Positions 50,728 to 59,431 of a stretch of DNA of 64,000 nucleotides are shown piece after piece; the first letter of the stretch is position 1, and every line of letters begins with the position of its first letter. The notes under the pieces are model-generated. The model ran no database searches and was not told where the DNA came from. It saw nothing but the letters and a program-made list of their open reading frames with translations. Position numbers and translations under genes: made by a program. Origin of the DNA: Epiperipatus broadwayi (Eukaryota > Animalia > Onychophora); NCBI GenBank assembly GCA_028023455.1, contig JAQFVV010000005.1, positions 14,198,001-14,262,000 on the forward strand. The letters are read 5' to 3'.

Positions 50728-53700
50728 ATGGAGAAGGAATGGGTTTGTAAAATTAATGGTAAGAAAGTAATTTATAAATGTAATGGAGAAGAAAGAATTA
50801 AAAGAATTTATAAAAGAGTAGTTAGGAAAGAAGAAATTGTTAAAATTGGGTTTTTGAATATGCAAGGTGGTAGGAAACCAGAAAAGTGGATGGAATTAAA
50901 TAAAACAATTGAAAATGAAGAGCTTGAGGTATTAGCAGTAGTGGAAACACATTTAAGAGAAGAAGAAGAACCTATTTTGGAACAGTTGGTATGGCAGGGT
51001 ATAAATAGAAAAGAAAAAGAAAAAAGGGGTGGTGGTATAGGTGTTATATCAAAAAAATATTTAAATATTGTTAAATGTCAAGAACACTTGTGGTTTGAAA
51101 TAAGGTTGGGTAGACAAGAATGGATGGTGGCTATAGTTTATATAGCTACTGGAGATAGTCAAATTATATTGGAGTGGAATAGTAACATATACGAATGTTT
51201 AGTTAAGGATATACAAAGTTTTAAAGAAAAGGGGAAGAGAATAATGGTTATAGGGGATATGAATGGACATATTGAAGAAATTGATGATGTAGATAATAAA
51301 AATGGACAGCTTTTGAAGAATTTTTGTCAGAAAGTGAATTTGAGTATTGGAAATTTATTAAATATTTATGAGGGACAATACACATGGTCCAGAAATAATA
51401 TATTTCACACAATAGATTATGTATTGGTAGAGAAAGAGGGAATAAATAAAATACAGAAAATTAAGGTATTTGATAATGAAGAAAAAGTATGCACTAGTGA
51501 TCATAATTTCATTGTAATTGAAATGGTTAGTAATGTGATGGAGAATAGAAATAAAAGTAGAAATAATAGTGAAAGATGTGGATGGAGAGTGAATGATAAG
51601 AATAAGTTGGAAGAGTATAAAATACAAGTTGAAGAAATAATGGAAGAGTGGGTTGGGGATGAGTATAAGGATTGGTGTAAGGAAGTAGAAAAAGTGGCAA
51701 ATAGGGTTTTAGGTGAGAATATTCAAAAGAATAAAAGTAATAAAAAAATGAAAATTAGTAAAAGTGTAAAAGAAAGGAAAGAAGCATGTAGAGAATATAA
51801 GTGTGCTATTAAGAATAAGGAAAGTGAAAAAGATATTAATGCTAAATGGGAAAAGTACTTAGAAAAGAAGAAGTTGGCTAAAATAGATAATTATAGAGAG
51901 AGAATGAAATTGAATAGTAAATTGTTGGAGGATATTAATAAAAGTGGAAGAGATGGGAGTAAAAAATTTTGGAATTATATTAAAAGGAGAAATGTAGGGG
52001 AGAGAGAGTTAGTATTACTAGATGATGAGGGAACTGAGTGTAGTTCTAGAGAAGATTTAGAGAGAATCTTAAATAGTTATGTAATGAATATAGAAAAGAT
52101 GTTAGATGTGAATGATAGAGTGTTAGAAAATATGAAAGAATATAGTAATGGGAATATTAGGTTTTCAGAAAATGAACTAAATGAGGTAGAGAAGAAATTG
52201 AAAAGTGGGAAGGCAAGAGGTTTAGATGGATGGGCAGCAGAGATGGTAATGAATTTAGGATATAGGGCAAAAGTAAAGTTATTATCCTGTTTTAATAAAA
52301 TGGCACAGAATAGAGTTTTCCCAAGTAGTTGGAGTAATACAAGAGTAAGGTTATTATTTAAAGGAAAGGGTAAGGATCATAGAAAGTTGAATAATTATAG
52401 ACCGATAGTGGTAACATCAGTTTTATATAAAGTTTTCTCGTATATGGTGGCTAGTAAAGTTGTAAAATGGATGGAAGGGAATAATGTAGTGGGGGAAATG
52501 CAAGGAGGTTTTAGATTAGATAGGCATATAGGAGATAGTTTATTTGTAGTTACACAACTTATGGATATGAGTAGGAATGCAGATAAACAGTTATATATGA
52601 GTTTTATAGATATAGAGAAGGCATATGATAGAGTAAATAGAAATAGATTATGGATAAGTTTAGCAAATTTGGGAATGGATGAAGCTTTAATAGATATTAT
52701 TAAGAAATTATATGAAAATAATTATTATATATATCAATTAGAGAATATAGAATCAATTAAAGTTAAAAATGGTGTGGGACTAAGGCAAGGATGCCCTATG
52801 TCACCTATTTTGTTTGTGTTGTATTTGAGTGAAATGGAAAGAGCAATAGAAAGATTAGGAAGAGGGATAGAGATACCGTTAATAGGTAGTAAGGGAGTAT
52901 ATATTTTGTCAGGTCTTTTTTTTGCAGATGATATATTTTTGTGTGCAGAAAAAAGAGAAGATATGGAAGTTATGTTGAGGACATGTGCAAGGGTGGGTAA
53001 AGAGATGGGGATTAAATTTAGTGAAGAAAAATCAAATATAATGATGGTTAATACTGAGGAAAGAGAAGATGTAGATTTTTTATTGGGAGATATTAAGTTA
53101 AGTGTGGTGAATAGATATAGTTATTTGGGAATTATTTTAAGTAATCAGAAAAATTATTTGGATGAATGGGAGAAAAAATTGATAAATGAAGCAAAGAAAA
53201 GAAAGGGATTGATAAAGAAATTAACAGTATTTTCATATAATAAATATGATGTAGCTAGAATTATATGGAAAGGAGTTGCAGTAGCAGGGTTAACATATGG
53301 TAATGATGCATTATATGTTAGTAAAAAGATATTAGATTATTTAGAAAAAGCTCAAAGGGAAGTAGGAAGACATGCATTGGATGCAGAAGTATGGACAGCA
53401 AGGGAGGCAATTCAAGGAGAAATGGGATGGTCAAGTTTTCATATGAGAGATGCAAAAAGTAAAATGAAAATGTTTGGTAGATTGCAGTTTATGGATAATA
53501 AAAGAATAGCTAAAATAGTATTTAATTGGGTTATGAGTAAAGGGCAGGTAACAAGATGGGTGAGAAAGGTAATGCGGTATGCAAAAGATTTGGATAAAGA
53601 ATTTATATCAGTATATTTGTACAAAAGATGGGATGATTGTGTTAAGAGGATTATTGAGTGTTATAGTAGTAAGGAATGGGATAAAAGAATAAATTTATTA

Positions 53701-54147
53701 ATAAAGACTAGGGAGTTAGAGAGATGGAGAAATAGTATGGAGAGTAAAAAGAGTTTAAATATATATAGAAATAAACAGAATATTAGGTGTGAGTTAATAT
53801 ATGATAATAGTAAGGAAAGTAGTTTATTGTTTAAGGCTCGAACGGGATCTTTAGCTACAAAAGAATATACATGTAAATGGAAAAATATGGGTGATTTATT
53901 TTGTAAATTATGTAAGGAAGGAATTGAAAATATTAGGCATTTGTTAATTGAATGTAAATGTTTGAAAACAGAAAGGGTACATATAATGAAGTTGTGGAAA
54001 AATAAATATGAAAAGAGTGATTATACAGAAAGTGAATTATTGGTTTTTATGCTGGGTTTGGGAAAAGATAAGGGGGATTTAGATATAAAGGTTATAGAGT
54101 TGACAAAAATTATGTTGTGGAAATGGGATAGAGCAGATTATGGGTAA
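50728..54147 (+). CDS. LINE ORF2p: APE endonuclease + reverse transcriptase + C-terminal Cys/His motif, 1139 aa, uninterrupted
   Basis: APE: GFLNMQG, VVETH, IGDMN, IDY, SDH. RT: KARGLDG, YRPI, DIEKAYD, LRQGCPMSP, FADD. C-terminal CKLC..RHLLIEC. Confidence 0.92.
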   Translation: MEKEWVCKINGKKVIYKCNGEERIKRIYKRVVRKEEIVKIGFLNMQGGRKPEKWMELNKTIENEELEVLAVVETHLREEEEPILEQLVWQGINRKEKEKRGGGIGVISKKYLNIVKCQEHLWFEIRLGRQEWMVAIVYIATGDSQIILEWNSNIYECLVKDIQSFKEKGKRIMVIGDMNGHIEEIDDVDNKNGQLLKNFCQKVNLSIGNLLNIYEGQYTWSRNNIFHTIDYVLVEKEGINKIQKIKVFDNEEKVCTSDHNFIVIEMVSNVMENRNKSRNNSERCGWRVNDKNKLEEYKIQVEEIMEEWVGDEYKDWCKEVEKVANRVLGENIQKNKSNKKMKISKSVKERKEACREYKCAIKNKESEKDINAKWEKYLEKKKLAKIDNYRERMKLNSKLLEDINKSGRDGSKKFWNYIKRRNVGERELVLLDDEGTECSSREDLERILNSYVMNIEKMLDVNDRVLENMKEYSNGNIRFSENELNEVEKKLKSGKARGLDGWAAEMVMNLGYRAKVKLLSCFNKMAQNRVFPSSWSNTRVRLLFKGKGKDHRKLNNYRPIVVTSVLYKVFSYMVASKVVKWMEGNNVVGEMQGGFRLDRHIGDSLFVVTQLMDMSRNADKQLYMSFIDIEKAYDRVNRNRLWISLANLGMDEALIDIIKKLYENNYYIYQLENIESIKVKNGVGLRQGCPMSPILFVLYLSEMERAIERLGRGIEIPLIGSKGVYILSGLFFADDIFLCAEKREDMEVMLRTCARVGKEMGIKFSEEKSNIMMVNTEEREDVDFLLGDIKLSVVNRYSYLGIILSNQKNYLDEWEKKLINEAKKRKGLIKKLTVFSYNKYDVARIIWKGVAVAGLTYGNDALYVSKKILDYLEKAQREVGRHALDAEVWTAREAIQGEMGWSSFHMRDAKSKMKMFGRLQFMDNKRIAKIVFNWVMSKGQVTRWVRKVMRYAKDLDKEFISVYLYKRWDDCVKRIIECYSSKEWDKRINLLIKTRELERWRNSMESKKSLNIYRNKQNIRCELIYDNSKESSLLFKARTGSLATKEYTCKWKNMGDLFCKLCKEGIENIRHLLIECKCLKTERVHIMKLWKNKYEKSDYTESELLVFMLGLGKDKGDLDIKVIELTKIMLWKWDRADYG

Positions 54148-54254
54148 ATTTAGAGTGGGGAATGTAAAAGAAAGTGGCTAACAGGTTTATCTGGGCATAA
54201 TTGCTGAGATATTCTTGACTTCGTTTAAGGAGAAGCCATAATACATCACATCGC

Positions 54255-56100
54255 GTATAAAGAATTTATTTTTAAATCAACGTTAACAAAATGTTACATG
54301 TACAGTTTAATTAAGCACTTAAGATTCACTGGTATAATAAATCCTTTATAAAATAGCTATTTAACTGCGAAAGAAAAGTCATAATGTTTAAGAATTGTCG
54401 AGGAGGATTCATTTGACTATCGAATCACGTGGTTAAAACTCGTGACTATTACAAAATACAGTAGTAATAAGTGTTGCCGAGTTTTTTCCTCTGTCACTTA
54501 TAGATGATTCAGTTCTTGTATGTACCCTTTACTCAAAGTAAATTTGCTTTAAATATTTTTAATTGATATATTCTACATATTATTATTAATTATGTGAAGA
54601 TAGTAGCCGTTATAACATTAATTGCTATTTTTATTTTTTATAGAAATTTTCTTTTGATTTCATTTAATCATATTTTAGGCACAGTATATTTATATTTACT
54701 CTCCTAAATTTAATTAACATCAAAAGAATAATTTGTAAAATTTCAGAAACAATATAAGCTTTTAACAGCGAATTAACTTCTATATATCAAATAAAATAAA
54801 AAGCTACACTAAATAGATTGACATTAATTCAAACCCAGGTTCACGTCAGTTGTGAGTTTGTTTGGTCCGCCTAGAGGTTTTGGTTTTTTCAAGTGCAAAA
54901 ATAAAATCGACGTCATTGATATTGATTATAAACAATTGTATCGTGTTTTTTATATTTTTGAAATTCCATTTAAATCTAACTAGGATTCTCCAATAATTTG
55001 ATGTACGAGTATGTACTGTATTATTTTGGATGTGGTGCTGGAATAATTTTTTTTTTTTTTAAATGCTGCCTTTGGATTACTTAAAGTTGGATAGTTTTGG
55101 TATAAATGATCTATTCTAAATTAAATGCGGAAAGAGAAAGGTGTGATGCAGGTTGCATTCACTAATTAAGAGTTAAGATTCATAGTTTAGAAATATTTTC
55201 CCCATAAATTGAAATGGCAATTGCTTGCAGGGAACGTGATCCATTATTATCGGCAGTCTGAACGAGAAATATAATTCTGTCATTGTGCAGTTTGCTTTTA
55301 GTTATCAACCGATACTGGATATTCTGCTTCTAAAGTTTTTATTTACGTAAAGTTGATAGTGATTTTTCCTAATTTATTGTCAACGTCAGTAAAAAGTAAG
55401 GATTGTACATCATTTTCTCCTTCCTGAAATTCCGATTTATAGTCTTAAAAATACCGGGTATATGTTTTACTTTGGTGTTTAGGAGGCTACTATCATTAGT
55501 AGCTAAATTAATTGATACATTTCTGGTAATTTATTTAATGGTGTGTTTGGTTTCAGATATAAATAACCTTTTGCATCCTTTAATGCAATGGATCTCTGCT
55601 CGTCTTCAGTTTCTTATTGGATCTCTTGGCTTTCTGGATCATTTTTTCTTCCTGTCAGGCTGATGCCATTTTTCGTGAAGTCTTCAAACTGACTGATGTG
55701 GTCATAGTTTTCTTTGAAGTAAAAAAATTTCGAAAGACCATGGGTGTGTCGTAACTTTTCATTTGTATTAATATTGGATGTATACTGGTGAGAATAAAAT
55801 AATTATTTAATATTGGTTATTTATTTCAATTGAATTAAATTGTTGATTATTATTAATATATACTGAAATATGGAAATATTAATATTTCAGAATAAATTAT
55901 GTTAACTTTAAGAGATGGCAAACAACTGCAAAATACAAGCATTTGACAATAATTTTATGATAATCCTATTACTTAGTTAATTACATTTATCTTAATTAAC
56001 TAATTTGGAAAAAGGAAGACAATAAATTGAAGTCATATATAATTACACAATAATAAAATTAGCAATGATGAAAAGATGAAAAACTTTTATAGGAAATAAT
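54255..56100 (+). other. Paralogous copy of the ZNF upstream block (third tandem unit)
   Basis: Colinear similarity to 23625-25600 (see the feature at 23600). Confidence 0.55.
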
Positions 56101-56604
56101 TGTTTCATTATAATCAGTTATGTCATTAATATGCTAGAAAGTTGAAAATAATAATATGAGGAAAGGAATTCAAAAGCTTGATTAGCTTTTTCTCAAAATA
56201 AATAAGCCTACTCAGATTTCTGATTAGGAATATTGAAAGCTTGGCACAATTGATGCAAATGGGGGAGGGGAGACAGTTCTGTGAATTTTGTTTTGTCATA
56301 GTTTTGCATTTATATATAACATCTTATTTTCACAATTTGTTATTAGAGAGGAAATAAATTCTCATAACATTTTATTAAAAATATTGTAAAAGAATATTTC
56401 ATTTTGCTTGGAAGATGAAGAGCATTTGATAACTAATCTGAGCTTGGGCTAGCTAATTTTAATCAAACAGTAGATTAAGTGATAATGATGGTATATCTAA
56501 TTGGAAATGTAGAGAGAGGGAATAATATTAAACATTTTATGAAACATTAAGAAGTGTGTGATCACACTTGTATCTTGCTGCTTCTCTCTTTTTAAAATTC
56601 CATT

Positions 56605-57007
56605 CATCATCATCATCAACCATTATCAATCCACTGCAGGATAGAGGTCTCACCAAGTTCAATCCATCTTCGATCTTTAGCTTCTCCACATCATCCCTGC
56701 ACACTTTCTTATTTCATCCATCTCACATGTGGTCTATTTCTGGATCTTTTACAATCTCTTGGAATCCAGTTTAAGATTTCAATTGTCCAGCTATTATCAT
56801 CTCTTCTAGCAATATGTCCAGTCCAACTCCACTTCAGTCTTTTAATTTTTTCAATGAGGTCAGTAACACCTGTTTGTTTTCTTACCCATAGACTATATTG
56901 CGTTTTCGATCTCTTTTTCTTACTCCCAACATGCATTTTTCCATACTTCTTTGAGTGGTCTGAAGTCTCTGTATTGCTCTTCTATTAAATGTCCAAGTCT
57001 CAGATCC
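56605..57007 (-). mobile_element. RTE LINE 3'-end fragment with (GAT)n tail
   Basis: Minus-strand ORF VRKQTGVTDLIEKIKRLKWSWTGHIARRDDNSWT..W.PR..KRSR.RP..RW; tail catcatcatcatc on the + strand. Confidence 0.85.
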
Positions 57008-58246
57008 ATTATAGGCTATTAAACCATTTTCTTAAATGAACTTTTATTTATTAATAGGATATCATGTAAAGATACTTAAGAATAATTATTTTACTTTGGA
57101 GAAAATCTTTTCAAGAACAACTTACTATCTTGTATCAAAATAATTTCTGTAGATATGTCTTCAGTCTATTAATGAGGTAATGTAATGTGCATTACACACA
57201 TGAAAATTAAATAATGCTTGAGCACAAGAAGTAGATTTAAGCAATGTAAATTAATATTATCATATACATTATTTGATATCATTAATATTGGAACTTTTTG
57301 TGGAGTGCAAATAACAAGATAACTAAAATTAATAATTAAAAAAACAAAATTAAATTAGTCCCAAATAAAAAAAAAATTTTTGTTAACAATAAATAGAAAT
57401 GTAGTTTTTGAACTGTATAAAAAGAATTTACAGTGATGAATAAGTTGCAGAATAAATTAAACAGTATTTGTCATTTTAATCAAATTCACTTCAATTTTTA
57501 CAATATTGTCTTATGTTCAATTTACGTCTGATGCCCTGGCATTGCAACCAAATTTGGAATCCTAAGAAAATATAAGAAATATTAATATATATATATTTCT
57601 AAGATACATTTTTTTTTTCTATGAAGTTTAACGTTTATTTTATTCTGTTAATATAAAACCAAATCTTAATACGGATTTTGGGGTAAAGACAATAATTTTA
57701 TGAACAATTATTATTAATAATAGATTGAATAAAGAAAGGGTAGGAAGAATAAAATTGAAGAAAATGATGATAGAGGGAGTTGTTAAACAAGTTTAAAAAA
57801 ATTTGTCAGTTAGTTTTTAGAAATAGGATATGTAAATGGTAGATTTTAAAGTGGTGAGTAATTTGTAATATAAAAAAGTTAATACCTTAATTACAAAAGT
57901 ATAAAAAGGTTAGAAGTTAAATAAAATTATAAGTAAAAAAGTTAATGAAATAATATGTATTAAATAGTAAAATACAAAAAAAATTTGTTAAAGAATTTTT
58001 AAAAAGTTTTTTGAAAATTAAATTTAAAGTTATAATAAATAGATTTAAAATAAATTAAAAATAAAGTAACATAAATAGATATAAGTAAAATTAATTAAGG
58101 GTATAATAAAATGGGAAATGATTATTTATAATTATCAGGTTAAGATATATTTTTGATTATGTAGGTTAAGATGTATGTTTGATTATGTATACAAATATGT
58201 GTATAAAATGTATTAATTCTATGATTATATATATTTGGATATGTAT

Positions 58247-58278
58247 CTGATGATGACTGCAGGACAGTCGAAACTGTA
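58247..58278 (+). ncRNA. Hammerhead-like core (third sequence type), probably degenerate
   Basis: CTGATGA-t-GACTG-cagga-CAGTC-GAAAC-t-GTA. Perfect stem II, but no stem I pairing is visible. Confidence 0.4.
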
Positions 58279-58380
58279 AAGAATAAACAATGAGGATTGC
58301 CAATTCCTCAACAAGCTTTGTGATAAATGCTTAGCTAGAGAAAGCATTTAAAATATCTCTATCAGGACCCATCCCTCAAA

Positions 58381-58421
58381 CGTCTGACCATGGTTTCATG
58401 CTTTGGCACTCCTCAGAGGGG
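58381..58421 (-). ncRNA. Type-I hammerhead motif (family 2, inverted copy, weakened stem I)
   Basis: Minus strand: cccct-CTGAGGA-GTGC-caaa-GCAT-GAAAC-CATG-GTC-agacg. Confidence 0.6.
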
Positions 58422-58476
58422 TGCTAGGGTAGGTTAACCTACCCTAGCATCTCTCTGAGGAGTGTCCTACCTAGCA

Positions 58477-58517
58477 CCTCTCTGAAGAGTGCCAGAGCAT
58501 GAAACCATGGTCAGAGG
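58477..58517 (+). ncRNA. Type-I hammerhead ribozyme (family 2)
   Basis: cctct-CTGAAGA-GTGC-caga-GCAT-GAAAC-CATG-GTC-agagg; predicted cleavage after C58512. Confidence 0.8.
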
Positions 58518-58545
58518 TTTGGGGGGGGTCCTGACAGAGATAGCA

Positions 58546-58586
58546 CCTCTCTGAAGAGTGCCAGAGCACGAAACCATGGTCAGAGG
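58546..58586 (+). ncRNA. Type-I hammerhead ribozyme (family 2), fully canonical pairing
   Basis: cctct-CTGAAGA-GTGC-caga-GCAC-GAAAC-CATG-GTC-agagg. Stems I and II are perfect, stem III has the palindromic ACCATGGT; predicted cleavage after C58581. Confidence 0.85.
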
Positions 58587-59164
58587 TTTGGGGGGGGTCC
58601 TGACAGTGATATTTTAAATGCTTTCTCTAGCTAAGCATTTATCACAAAGCTTGTTGAGGAATTGGCAATCCTCATTGTTTATAAATTACAAGCTTAAGAG
58701 AATAGGGTCATGTGATCTATGACTCTTATTTTGACTATTTATAGTCTCTGTAAGAATAAAGTTTTGATATAAAAAATAGTATTGTTGAAGAGTATAAGAA
58801 AGTAGGAAATGGTATATGTTAAAAAGAATGTTTTTCAATTTATACTGAGGTCGTTCGAAGGTACATCCATTTTAAATGTATATAGAACACATTAAAATAT
58901 AATGCTCAGAGATAATGCTCAGAGATATTAATCTTCCAGGTAAAAGTAATAATTATGATGATAATAAAACAGCCATTTATAAATGAGTATAGTCATTTTA
59001 TCCCATTTCCCTCACAAAAAAAAAAAATGAAGAAAGAGAGGAAAAAAGCTAAAAAATAGTTTTGTGATGATTATAGAAACCAATTTCTACCACAAATATG
59101 TTTACATTTAGAACACACTGATCCACTTTTTTGTTTATTTGATATTTTATGATGTCTTCTTTTC

Positions 59165-59431
59165 ATTTCCTTAATAAGTAATATTTACTGAGGCTATAAC
59201 CTCAATAATATGTGTGTAAAAATGTGATAGTAAGGACCTCTACAGGTGTTTTAGCCACAAGCTTACGCTATGGAAGAAAAGAGGGGTTCCATAATGTAAG
59301 CTTGTGATTAAAACACTTGTAGAGATCCTTACTATCGCATTTTTACATGCATATTATCGAGGTTATAGCCTCAGTAAATATTACTTACGTAATCAATGTG
59401 TGTTTAATAAATTTATAATTTCCTTAATAAG
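59165..59431. mobile_element. Hairpin insertion, family 4 (~101-bp arms, 11-nt loop, 30-nt tail, 14-bp TSD)
   Basis: Arms 59175-59275 and 59287-59387. ATTTCCTTAATAAG at 59165-59178 and 59418-59431. Confidence 0.8.

Larger units (their letters stand above)
49350..54254 (+). mobile_element. Apparently full-length two-ORF non-LTR retrotransposon (esterase-ORF1 type; RTE-X/CR1/L2 group)
   Basis: Intact ORF1 and ORF2 in tandem with a short 3' UTR ending ...atacatcacatc. The paralogous host block resumes at ~54255. The 5' boundary is approximate and no TSD was identified. Confidence 0.8.
58274..58760. mobile_element. Palindromic insertion, family 2, with tandem hammerheads
   Basis: Outer arms start at 58283 and end at 58682. 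Central hairpin gggtaggttaacctaccc. 69-bp tandem duplication in the right arm. Near-perfect direct repeat ctgtaa(a)gaataaa at 58274-58287 and 58748-58760. Confidence 0.82.

Noticed and set aside
57690-58250. Autonomous Penelope ORF (RT + GIY-YIG) upstream of the hammerhead-like motif
   Set aside because: Purine-rich but full of stops; no GIY-YIG or RT motif could be read, so no autonomous partner is supported in this window.
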